Both the position numbers and the translations under genes were made by a program. Positions 34,348 to 41,990 of a stretch of DNA of 41,990 nucleotides are shown here, in pieces. How positions within the stretch are numbered: the first letter of the stretch is position 1; each line of letters begins with the position of its first letter. The notes under the pieces are model-generated. The model saw nothing but the letters and a program-made list of their open reading frames with translations. It was not told the origin of the DNA and made no database searches. Source of the stretch: a virus; IMG/VR virus record IMGVR_UViG_3300045988_092374, positions 1 through 41,990 of that record. One strand, 5' to 3'.

Positions 34348-34797
34348 ATGATTTTAAAAACAGACTATAAGGATGCGATGTACGATGGGGCACGGAAGTG
34401 GCGCATTACCCAGAATTCAGACGGGACATCCGGAATTGCAGATGAGACAAGTTATACACAGGAAGGCGATCAGTTTGGGGCTAATGATATTAATTCCACC
34501 AATACTGCTATCAATCGGATTAACCATGTGACCGAAGTAACATTAACGGCATCTGGGTGGGAGGGTGGTGCGGCACCGTACACCCAGACGGTAAATGTGC
34601 CAGGAGCTACGGCCGATCTGGATGCGATACTGGTTAGTGCGCTGGCTGATGGGGCGAACGTCACCACCCAGAAGGCGTATATAAAGGCATTTGGGATTAT
34701 TTCCAGCGGAACTGCATCGCTGGGAAATGGGACGGCTACATTTAAAGTATACAAGAAGCCGGCAACAGATTGCCTTGTGGGATTGAAGGGGGTGTAA
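34348..34797 (+). CDS. Tail fibre-associated protein
   Basis: ATG 34348 follows GGAGG. The stretch GANDINSTNTAINRINH is fibre-like. Confidence 0.45.
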   Translation: MILKTDYKDAMYDGARKWRITQNSDGTSGIADETSYTQEGDQFGANDINSTNTAINRINHVTEVTLTASGWEGGAAPYTQTVNVPGATADLDAILVSALADGANVTTQKAYIKAFGIISSGTASLGNGTATFKVYKKPATDCLVGLKGV

Positions 34798-34800
34798 CGC

Positions 34801-35745
34801 ATGGGGAAAATATTGATGCCGGGCGGCGGAGGCGGTGCCGACCTGGATGTAATAACAGCCGGCGCAGAGGATGTTCTGGCTGGTAAAGTAATCGTGGACA
34901 AAAACGGGGAGCCGCTGACCGGGACGATGGCGGACCAAGGTAACTGGAACTTTTCAGAACTGGTGGCCGGCTCTGCAGTGACAGTTCCTGGTGGAAAACA
35001 CGGCGGCGGTGGAAAAGTGACAGCAAAAAGCCTGGCCAGCCAGACTCCGGGCGATTCGGCAGCTGGGCATATCCTTGCCGGAAGAACGGCATGGGTAAAC
35101 GGTAGTAAAATCACTGGGACGATTCCCAGCCAGGCGGGAGGAACATTGACACCCTCCACGTCAGCAGTAACTGCAAACTGTTCTGGCAAATACATGACAA
35201 GCAATTACACCATTCCAGCCTTCGCCTTACCGCCAGCAAACGCTCTCCGTAAAGGCTATTCCTACACCTTGTACGGGAAGACAGTTACTGGGACGTTGGA
35301 ACAATGGTTATCTTCTCCTGCTGATGTTACCGGGAACGAAACAGGAGCAACCAAAATAGGCACCTCGACTGGTTTCTTTTCATGGATTACAAGTCCAAAA
35401 AGCATAAACGTGTTTTGTGGTAGTAATGGTGGTTCCACGTTGGGCCGACTTAATACAGCAGTAAATGTTTCGTCATATAAATACTTAAAACTATTCGTCC
35501 CCAGAGCATATGATAAGTCAGGCTCACAATACTACACTAAAGTAGGGATATCTTTACAAGCAGATGGAAGCGGGGTTACATATGGGGCGGAGGTGCTTGC
35601 TAATAGTACTGTTACTAATTTTAACGTAATTCTGGATGTCACAAATTACAATGGGATGTATTTTATTTATGTGTCTGTAAGAAGCGCAAGCACTACCAAA
35701 AATAATGGAATAATGGGTGGAACTATATCCCTATCTAATTCGTAA
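34801..35745 (+). CDS. Receptor-binding / tail fibre protein with a variable C-terminal domain
   Basis: 314 aa. The N-terminal part is Gly-rich and the C-terminal ~105 aa are AT-rich. A paralogous C-terminus is encoded inverted at 35764-36018. Confidence 0.6.
   Translation: MGKILMPGGGGGADLDVITAGAEDVLAGKVIVDKNGEPLTGTMADQGNWNFSELVAGSAVTVPGGKHGGGGKVTAKSLASQTPGDSAAGHILAGRTAWVNGSKITGTIPSQAGGTLTPSTSAVTANCSGKYMTSNYTIPAFALPPANALRKGYSYTLYGKTVTGTLEQWLSSPADVTGNETGATKIGTSTGFFSWITSPKSINVFCGSNGGSTLGRLNTAVNVSSYKYLKLFVPRAYDKSGSQYYTKVGISLQADGSGVTYGAEVLANSTVTNFNVILDVTNYNGMYFIYVSVRSASTTKNNGIMGGTISLSNS
35416..35425 (+). repeat. Left arm of inverted repeat TGTGGTAGTA (codons Cys-Gly-Ser of the RBP)
   Basis: In frame with the RBP gene (34801 + 615). 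Confidence 0.5.
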
Positions 35746-35763
35746 GTAACGAGTTACTGGCAT

Positions 35764-36003
35764 TTAAGCTAAAGTCATAAATATCTCGTAGATAAACCCC
35801 CTATCGGGGCCTAAATTTCCACTAGAACTTCTGTGGTAGACACCATACACATATATGTAATAATTACCACTTAAGGATGATATGTCAAGTATATTATACT
35901 CTGGCCCGTTTGAACGTGTATCAAGTACATTAAGTTTTGCCATATCTGTTTCCTTTGCAGATGCAGACTTAGACACTCCTATTGAAAACTTGTATCCGTT
36001 CAC
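35764..36003 (-). CDS. Inverted promoterless alternative RBP C-terminal cassette
   Basis: The 79 aa are similar to the RBP C-terminus (VNGYKF vs VSSYKY; NILDISSLSGNYYIYV vs VILDVTNYNGMYFIYV). The frame stays open upstream to 36042 through Cys-Gly-Ser. Confidence 0.5.
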   Translation of the reverse strand: MNGYKFSIGVSKSASAKETDMAKLNVLDTRSNGPEYNILDISSLSGNYYIYVYGVYHRSSSGNLGPDRGFIYEIFMTLA

Positions 36004-36008
36004 CGGGG

Positions 36009-36018
36009 TACTACCACA
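36009..36018 (-). repeat. Right arm of the inverted repeat (TACTACCACA on the plus strand)
   Basis: Reverse complement of 35416-35425, in frame with the inverted cassette. Confidence 0.5.
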
Positions 36019-36053
36019 CCTGCCTGGTGGTCGGCTACTGCATTAAACATATC

Positions 36054-36236
36054 AAATGGCTGGAAGCGGTCAGTAATCAGTACATCCCATCAATCCTGGC
36101 AATCCTGGGGGCAGTCCTGGGATGTGTGGCCGTCGGAGCAGTAAGCCTGGAAAGTATCGTGTACGGGGCCGTAACAGGACTTGCCAGTACCGGCCTGCAC
36201 CAGGTTTTCAGCCAGATAATCAATAAAACAGAATAA
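36054..36236 (+). pseudogene. 5'-truncated holin paralogue
   Basis: NQYIPSILAILGAVLGCVAVG...VTGLASTGLHQVF aligns with NKWLPVICGVIGAALGVVG...VSGLAATGINQMY of the holin at 36907-37170. It lacks the first TM and a credible start. Confidence 0.45.
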
Positions 36237-36306
36237 TAAGTAACCTGGGGAGCCGATTGGCTCTCCCTTATTTTATAATTTAAGCCATGAAAAGGAGATT
36301 AAAACT

Positions 36307-36567
36307 ATGAGAAACTGTAAGAAACACAAAATCAATGATGCAAACCACTACAAACACTTAACACCGGACACGGACTGTACTTGTGATGTTGGTATTAATG
36401 GCCCAGCTGGGGACCCGGACTTAATCGCGAAGGGGAGCGGAGGGTATGACCATCCGCAGACTCCGCCGGCGAAAGGGCCGGGAGCAGACCCGGAGCTGCT
36501 GGCGAAAAGCAAGCCGCCGTTAAAACATCCGGAAACACCCGCAGCGACTGGACCAGCAGCAGAATAG
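36307..36567 (+). CDS. Pro-rich repetitive small protein
   Basis: RBS AAAGGAG. Internal repeat GDPDLIAKG..HPQTP / ADPELLAKS..HPETP. Confidence 0.5.
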   Translation: MRNCKKHKINDANHYKHLTPDTDCTCDVGINGPAGDPDLIAKGSGGYDHPQTPPAKGPGADPELLAKSKPPLKHPETPAATGPAAE

Positions 36568-36625
36568 TTGCGACATTTAAATGGACAGGGCGGCCCTTTG
36601 AGACTGTCCTGTCACTGAGGTGACC

Positions 36626-36895
36626 ATGTATATTGACACAAATACAATTATAACGGTAGCTAGTGCAATGACAGCATTGGCTGCCATTTTTTCGGCCGTT
36701 TTTGCAGCCCACAGGTGGTTTTTAAAACAGGAAAGACAGGACAAAGAAATCGAACAGATAAAATCAGAACAGTGCCTGCTTACGTATGGGGTACTGGCTT
36801 GCTTAAAGGGATTGAAAGAACAGGGGTGCAATGGCCCCGTGACAGAAGCTATCAATAAAATAGAGAAACATATCAACCAGCAGGCACATGAATGA
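36626..36895 (+). CDS. Single-TM protein upstream of the holin (lysis accessory candidate)
   Basis: N-terminal TM IITVASAMTALAAIFSAVFAA followed by a coiled coil. An alternative GTG start lies at 36620. Confidence 0.45.
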   Translation: MYIDTNTIITVASAMTALAAIFSAVFAAHRWFLKQERQDKEIEQIKSEQCLLTYGVLACLKGLKEQGCNGPVTEAINKIEKHINQQAHE

Positions 36896-36906
36896 GAGGA
36901 ATAATT

Positions 36907-37170
36907 ATGGATTTTGGAATTGCAAGTGTAGCAGGAATTACAGCACTGTGTTATCTGGCCGCTATGGCCGTCAAGGCGACATCAGTAGACAATAAGTGGC
37001 TGCCGGTGATTTGCGGCGTTATTGGAGCCGCTCTGGGCGTTGTAGGCATGTATACGATGCCTGATTACCCGGCGAAAGACATCATCAACGCGGCAGCGGT
37101 AGGCGTTGTATCAGGGCTTGCGGCTACCGGTATTAATCAGATGTACAAGCAGCTTAAAGACAATCAGTAA
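36907..37170 (+). CDS. Holin (three predicted TM segments)
   Basis: 87 aa with hydrophobic stretches ASVAGITALCYLAAMAV, WLPVICGVIGAALGVVGMY and AAAVGVVSGLAATGI, and a charged C-terminus. Confidence 0.65.
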   Translation: MDFGIASVAGITALCYLAAMAVKATSVDNKWLPVICGVIGAALGVVGMYTMPDYPAKDIINAAAVGVVSGLAATGINQMYKQLKDNQ

Positions 37171-37223
37171 AAGCAGACAGAGGCGTCTGAGCCGGGAATT
37201 TATCAAAAAGGAGGAAGATATTT

Positions 37224-40043
37224 GTGCAGGGAACGATACAAAACTATACGCTTGATATGGCGGATGGGTATAAAAAGGAGCCGCTGCAAGTAAAACAGCA
37301 TGATACAAATAGCCGATGGGCGAAAATAAGCCTGAAGGCTTTTGGACAGCCGTGGAAAATACCAGGCGAAAGCCTGTGCTACATCAGTGTCAAAAAGGCA
37401 GACAATACAGTTGTGCAAAATGACTGCACGATCGAAGAAGATGGCACTGTTCTCGCTCCGATATCCGGCCAGATTGCAACCGTTGCCGGAATCCAGCAGG
37501 CGGAGCTGTACTTTCTGGCGGAGGACGGCGATATCAAGTCACAGACATTTCCTATTCAGGTGCTTCCGGCAATTTTGGACAGCAATATCGCTGAATCATC
37601 GGACGAATTTGGCGCGCTGCAAAGTGCCCTGCTAAACGTCCAGACAGCTACTGCCGCCGCGGCCGAAGCAACCACAAAGGCAGAGACGCAAGCCCAGAAC
37701 GCAGGGGCGGCGGCAGAACTGGCAATTGATGCAGCGGCCAGTATCGACAGGGCAGTACAGGCTGCGGCGGAGGCAAAAACCAGCGAGACAAACGCAAGGG
37801 CCAGCGAGACAGCTGCGGCCCAGACAAAAGCCGACGTCGAGGCATTGAAGGAAGGTTTTATCGGCTATGATAAAACCGAGAGCGGTCGGAAGTATGCCAA
37901 TGCCTTAACTACGACAGCGGAAGGGGAAGGGCAGGTAGCGGTAACGGACGCCTGGGACGCGCCGGTAGTGGATATGGAGATTGACGGGGCCAGCGAACAG
38001 GTGACGATGACGGGAGCGCAGCTGCTGGATATAAAACTCCCATCAGTTACGACTAAAAGTGGTGTGACTGTATCAATAGCCGACGATGGTGGAATCCGCT
38101 TGAATGGGACAGCAACGGCAAGCGGAAATCATCGCTTGATTGATCCGGTGAAAAATTTATCGATTAATTGCGATAGCGCAACTTTGAGTTTGCAGGCAAG
38201 CGGTGCTTATGATGGTACTGTTATGGTATCTGATGCTGCGGATGGCGAATGGAAAAGTCTTCTTAGTGTAAAAAATAACGCCACTGCCACCGGAACTGTA
38301 AAAACAAGTAAATTAGGTTGTTATGCTACATATGTAGCTGGTACCACTTATAACGTTACATTATACCCTATGCTTTGTGCCAGCCCCACCGCCTTGCCTT
38401 GGGAACCCTACACCGGTGGTCAGCCATCCCCCAGCCCGGAATACCCGCAGGAGATAAAGGGAGTGGAGCATGTGGTTAATTCCGGGGCGCAGTTGTTTGA
38501 CGCAAGCAGGATACCTACCAAAACTGCGGGTGGTGCAACTGTTACAAATAACGGGGATGGTAGTTTTACGATATCTGGAAGTGGTACGGCAACCGCAGTT
38601 TTTAATGATACAGTATACTATTCAGCCGAAGAGGCAGCGAAATTATTTGTTAAGCCAGGGAAGTATACGCTTAGCGGCGGAATTAGCACCCCTTATATAG
38701 CGTTAACAATGGCTGAAAATGATGTGCTTTTAATTGATGTTGCATTACCTATCAAAGATTCTGTGAGTTTTACCGTCACAGAAGACATGATAGAAAAAAT
38801 TAAAAGTGGAGCTATTAAGGTGAAAAGCGGTTTTTTTTCACAGCCTGACCGGCAGCTATTTCCTGGCACAGTAAAGCCTATGCTTAACTATGGCGATGCC
38901 CTGCCTTGGGAACCGTACAACAACCAACAGCGGGAAATTGACCTGCAAATAGAGTCCGCAGGAAAGAACCTGTTCAATAAAAATGCCCTCTATTCATACA
39001 ACGTAAATGGAGTGACAATTACGCAGTTAGGTTCAACGAGCGTCAGGATATCTACAGTATCGGCAAGAACTTTTGCGGCAGCCGCGGTTAAACTTAAGTT
39101 AAAACCGTATACTACGTACACATTTTCCGGTGACATTACCGCACTTACTACGAAAAGTATGATCGGAGTCAGGAAGAGCACGGACGGGGGTGTCAGTTTT
39201 GTTCCGGATATGATCGTTGCCTTTGCCACGGAAGTGCCAGCCAATGGCGTGAGCAGAACGTTTACCACAGATGAAAATGAATACTATGCTTTATGCCTGC
39301 TTTGTACTAATGACGTGGAGGCTACTGGAACAACAACTTTTGAGAATATCCAACTTGAAGAGGGCAGCAAAGCAACAGCCTGGGAATCCTACTATGAACC
39401 GCAGTCCGTCAGCCTGCCGCTTGCCGAGCCGTTACATGGCATCGGTGATGTGCGAGATAGGATTGCTTGTAAGGATGGCGTGTGGGGGATTGAGAGATTG
39501 ACCGAAGAAATAGTATTTAATGGAAGTGAGAAATGGGAGTTAAATCTTAAACCTAATAATAAAATGAGATACAAATTACGCGATGCAACTATAATGCCAT
39601 TTGATATTAACGTGAATGCGTGTGTGATGTGTGATGCATATATTTCCAGAACTGCTGTTGAAACGCACGCTGGAAAGCAAGGTATTGCCGTAGATGATGT
39701 CCCCAATATTTTAATCTATGACGAAGCAGTCAGTGACGAAAATACGATCGACAGATTCAAAGCGCAATTGCAGACGAATCCTATTAATGCTATTTTTCAA
39801 AGCAAATCGCCCGTATGGGAACCCTTCCCGGCCGAAACCCAAACCGCTTTGAATGCCCTGACCACCCATCCCGGCACAACCTACCTGACCGTCGCATCCA
39901 CCGACGTCGCCGCACCCGTCCGGCTTACATACGTCCAGGACACCCGTAAAGTTGTCGATGGCCTGAAATTAGACCTGGCGGAGCAGATGACGGAGCTGCA
40001 GGCGCAGATAGACCAACTTAAAGTAACCAATAATTTAGCATAA
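37224..40043 (+). CDS. BppU-N-domain tail fibre / baseplate upper protein
   Basis: 939 aa. N-terminal QHDTNSRWAKISLKAFGQPWKIPGESL is BppU_N-like, followed by an Ala-rich coiled coil and repeated modules each ending in LPWEPY or VWEPF. Confidence 0.6.
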   Translation: MQGTIQNYTLDMADGYKKEPLQVKQHDTNSRWAKISLKAFGQPWKIPGESLCYISVKKADNTVVQNDCTIEEDGTVLAPISGQIATVAGIQQAELYFLAEDGDIKSQTFPIQVLPAILDSNIAESSDEFGALQSALLNVQTATAAAAEATTKAETQAQNAGAAAELAIDAAASIDRAVQAAAEAKTSETNARASETAAAQTKADVEALKEGFIGYDKTESGRKYANALTTTAEGEGQVAVTDAWDAPVVDMEIDGASEQVTMTGAQLLDIKLPSVTTKSGVTVSIADDGGIRLNGTATASGNHRLIDPVKNLSINCDSATLSLQASGAYDGTVMVSDAADGEWKSLLSVKNNATATGTVKTSKLGCYATYVAGTTYNVTLYPMLCASPTALPWEPYTGGQPSPSPEYPQEIKGVEHVVNSGAQLFDASRIPTKTAGGATVTNNGDGSFTISGSGTATAVFNDTVYYSAEEAAKLFVKPGKYTLSGGISTPYIALTMAENDVLLIDVALPIKDSVSFTVTEDMIEKIKSGAIKVKSGFFSQPDRQLFPGTVKPMLNYGDALPWEPYNNQQREIDLQIESAGKNLFNKNALYSYNVNGVTITQLGSTSVRISTVSARTFAAAAVKLKLKPYTTYTFSGDITALTTKSMIGVRKSTDGGVSFVPDMIVAFATEVPANGVSRTFTTDENEYYALCLLCTNDVEATGTTTFENIQLEEGSKATAWESYYEPQSVSLPLAEPLHGIGDVRDRIACKDGVWGIERLTEEIVFNGSEKWELNLKPNNKMRYKLRDATIMPFDINVNACVMCDAYISRTAVETHAGKQGIAVDDVPNILIYDEAVSDENTIDRFKAQLQTNPINAIFQSKSPVWEPFPAETQTALNALTTHPGTTYLTVASTDVAAPVRLTYVQDTRKVVDGLKLDLAEQMTELQAQIDQLKVTNNLA

Positions 40044-40058
40044 AAAAGGAGATTGAAA

Positions 40059-40313
40059 ATGAATAGAACGTACGAGAACTGTAAGCTTTTAATTACCGCC
40101 GGCCGATATACATACGAGGATATGTTTAATAAGCTGGATTTGTTTTTGATGATGGGCCGCGTCACTGAGGCCGAGTATGTAGAACTGACCGGCCTGCTGA
40201 CACCGCCGGAACCGACGCCAAAGCTGGAGCCGACGGACCCGGTAACACCGGTGGAGCCGCCAGCTGAGACACCGTCAGAGGAATCAGAGACACCGGTGGA
40301 AGAGACAGTATAA
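40059..40313 (+). CDS. XkdX-like small protein
   Basis: ATG lies 7 nt after AAGGAG. GRVTEAEYVELTGL and a Pro/Glu-rich tail. Confidence 0.45.
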   Translation: MNRTYENCKLLITAGRYTYEDMFNKLDLFLMMGRVTEAEYVELTGLLTPPEPTPKLEPTDPVTPVEPPAETPSEESETPVEETV

Positions 40314-40329
40314 GTTGCGATATCGTAAC
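40314..40329. repeat. Palindrome GTTGCGATATCGTAAC (copy 2)
   Basis: Starts 1 nt after the stop codon at 40311-40313. Matches 23445-23464 at 19 of 20 positions. Confidence 0.7.
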
Positions 40330-40391
40330 AGTACATAGGGCCTGGGACATCCTGGGCCTTTTCGCATAATATATTCTAGGAGGACAAGGCT

Positions 40392-41135
40392 ATGAGAGAT
40401 ATAACAATGTGCCATCCCCGCTTGCAGGAGCTGGCAGGGAGACTTGTAGAGGAATGCAAAAAGCAAGGGTTAATTATTAAGATTGGAGAGTGCTATCGAA
40501 CCGTGGTGGAACAAGATGAACTGTATGCCCAGGGCCGAACAAAGCCTGGGAATATCGTGACAAATGCCAGGGGTAGCAGTTACAGTTCACAGCACCAGTG
40601 GGGCATTGCGTTTGACTTCTTCCGGAACGACGGGAACGGAGCATACAATGAGTCCGGCAATTTCTTCGGGAAGGTTGGGGCCATCGGCAAGCAGCTCGGA
40701 CTCGGCTGGGGAGGGGATTGGAAAAGTATCGTGGACAAGCCACACCTGTATCTTCCGGACTGGGGCAGTACCACGACACAGCTCCGGCAGCAATATGGCA
40801 CGCCGGAAAAGTTCATCACCATGTGGCCTAAAAAACTCCATGCAGGCTTTATTCGGGCTGCCGATGGGCAGCGTTGGTGGTATCAGTACAAAGATGGCAG
40901 CTACGCACATAGCGGCTGGTACTGGCTGATGGAGGTCACAACAGGAACATCCGCGTGGTATTTGTTTGATGATGCAGGATATATGATGACAGGTTATCAG
41001 GCGGCGCCGGATGGCCGTAAGTATCTACTTTGCCCAGATAAAGGAGTAAATGAGGGTAAATGTATGGTAACGGATGACCAGGGAGCATTGCAGATTGCTG
41101 AGTATGACGAGATTGCTAGACGGTACAAAATATAA
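40392..41135 (+). CDS. Endolysin: M15 (VanY-like) peptidase plus cell-wall-binding repeats
   Basis: SQHQWGIAFD and DKPHL are zinc-ligand motifs. C-terminal GW/YY repeats (GWYWLMEVTTGTSAWYLFDDAGYMMTG). Confidence 0.85.
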   Translation: MRDITMCHPRLQELAGRLVEECKKQGLIIKIGECYRTVVEQDELYAQGRTKPGNIVTNARGSSYSSQHQWGIAFDFFRNDGNGAYNESGNFFGKVGAIGKQLGLGWGGDWKSIVDKPHLYLPDWGSTTTQLRQQYGTPEKFITMWPKKLHAGFIRAADGQRWWYQYKDGSYAHSGWYWLMEVTTGTSAWYLFDDAGYMMTGYQAAPDGRKYLLCPDKGVNEGKCMVTDDQGALQIAEYDEIARRYKI

Positions 41136-41273
41136 GCGTACCTCAGTCACAAAACTATACCCTTATCCGTTTATTGGGTATAGGGGCAAAAACAAGCCTA
41201 CGCTATCATTAAAAATGGGCGACGCTGGGAGACATGCTCTCCATTGGCCTCGCCCCACATATCCTACTCTCTA

Positions 41274-41297
41274 GGCCCCGGACCCTCAACCGGGGCC
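41274..41297. terminator. Strong hairpin between the lysis module and the right-end cargo
   Basis: GGCCCCGG pairs with CCGGGGCC (8 bp, 8-nt loop). T-tracts are weak on both strands. Confidence 0.4.
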
Positions 41298-41300
41298 ATT

Positions 41301-41498
41301 TCAATGCGGTCGATACCGGCAGCGAAGCAGCAGGCCGATGACATATCCATAACGGTGTATATATTGCTGCACCAGCTTTCGATTTGATGGGGATAATCTT
41401 TTCTTGTAATAATCGTTGTCCAATTCATGCCAGGCTTCAGCTATCCAGTATGTAACCAGACCGGCGGCAAGTCTTTTTGCCTTCTTTCTTTTTTCCAT
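41301..41498 (-). CDS. 65-aa hypothetical protein divergent from the XRE regulator
   Basis: RBS AGGAGG 9 nt upstream. The N-terminus is basic. Confidence 0.5.
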   Translation of the reverse strand: MEKRKKAKRLAAGLVTYWIAEAWHELDNDYYKKRLSPSNRKLVQQYIHRYGYVIGLLLRCRYRPH

Positions 41499-41517
41499 TT
41501 GGAAATTTCCTCCTGTT

Positions 41518-41586
41518 TTGCTAGTATAAGCAACATTTTACCACAAGCCTCACATACTATAAAGGAAAAATTGCTTATTCGAGCAA
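41518..41586. promoter_or_regulatory. Divergent control region with two TTGCT-N6-AGCAA sites
   Basis: TTGCTAGTATAAGCAA at 41518-41533 and TTGCTTATTCGAGCAA at 41571-41586. Confidence 0.5.
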
Positions 41587-41600
41587 ATGTGAGGGCTGAG

Positions 41601-41843
41601 ATGATAGAAGATACATTTATAAAAAATGATACTGATATACAGATAGGAAGTAACATAAAGAAAATTAGAATAGCAAAAGGCATGAGACCATCGGATTTGG
41701 TGAGAGAGGTGAACCTGCGTGGCATATCAATGACGATTTTTAGCCTCTCAAAAATCGAAGCCAATACGCAGCATGTCAAGGCCAGTCAGTTAAAAGCGAT
41801 AAAAGAAATTTTAGAGTGTTCTTATGACGAATTGTTTGAATGA
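41601..41843 (+). CDS. XRE-family HTH regulator
   Basis: 80 aa from ATG 41601. IGSNIKKIRIAKGMRPSDLVREVNLRGISMTIFSLSKIE. Confidence 0.7.
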   Translation: MIEDTFIKNDTDIQIGSNIKKIRIAKGMRPSDLVREVNLRGISMTIFSLSKIEANTQHVKASQLKAIKEILECSYDELFE

Positions 41844-41885
41844 AAACATTAGTCAGAAGTGAGCTGAGTTTTTTTATATTTCAGA

Positions 41886-41905
41886 ATGTCTAAGTTTTGT
41901 CCAAG
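41886..41905 (+). promoter_or_regulatory. Putative arm-type site, copy 3 (attR side)
   Basis: ATGTCTAAGTTTTGTCCAAG lies 40 nt upstream of the attR core. Confidence 0.5.
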
Positions 41906-41944
41906 TACGCCCGTTCCGCCCTTATATAATAAGGAAAGGAACCC

Positions 41945-41990
41945 TGACTTTTAATCAAGTTGTCCGGGGTTCGAATCCCCGATGCCTCAT
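41945..41990 (+). repeat. attR core: duplicated tRNA 3' segment
   Basis: 46/46 identical to 1-46. The preceding sequence has no D-arm and no acceptor 5' strand GAGGCAT, so this copy is not a full tRNA. Confidence 0.75.

Noticed and set aside
1-41990. CRISPR arrays, reverse transcriptase/DGR or retron elements, transposases/IS elements, and rRNA genes
   Set aside because: I found no regularly spaced direct repeats with unique spacers, no YxDD-type RT ORF, no transposase-like ORF, and no rRNA-like sequence on either strand.

Overview
The window is one complete temperate siphovirus-type prophage of about 41.9 kb, with Firmicutes/Clostridia-like genes. It is bounded by a 46-nt direct repeat that is the 3' part of a tRNA gene (attL 1-46, attR 41945-41990). 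Gene order from left to right: tyrosine integrase; leftward lysogeny cargo (a candidate type I toxin-antitoxin locus, a secreted cell-wall-binding protein, a zinc-ribbon membrane protein); CI/Cro-type switch with TTCGAA-centred operators; many small early ORFs; a recombination trio (Sak/Rad52-like SSAP, PD-(D/E)xK exonuclease, NinB-like); a replication initiator with internal iterons; a run of tiny Cys-rich ORFs separated by a conserved stop/RBS box; an AT-rich insert with a Mom-like GNAT protein; and a sigma/ArpU-like late regulator. The late region follows: a repeat-driven late promoter, a roughly 340-nt GC-rich non-coding leader ending in a tRNA-like cloverleaf, then terS, terL, portal, MuF head protein, scaffold, capsid, connectors, tail tube, chaperones, tape measure, baseplate and fibre genes, holin, a second BppU-type fibre, XkdX-like protein, an M15 endolysin, and a divergent XRE pair at attR. 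Four items deserve the most attention. (1) A strongly AT-rich, self-promoted two-gene island (15281-17513) wedged between the late leader and terS encodes a SAP-domain protein plus a wHTH/zinc-ribbon/Mrr-like PD-(D/E)xK nuclease; it is a candidate undescribed defence system. (2) An inverted, in-frame alternative C-terminal cassette lies downstream of the receptor-binding protein gene, arranged like the Mu G segment but with no invertase in the window. (3) The structured late leader RNA carries a T-loop cloverleaf and is followed by terminators. (4) The MuF head protein carries a compositionally foreign PD-(D/E)xK toxin-like C-terminus, has no downstream immunity gene, and is faced by a consensus antisense promoter. 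All functional calls come from motif reading by eye; no database search was run.
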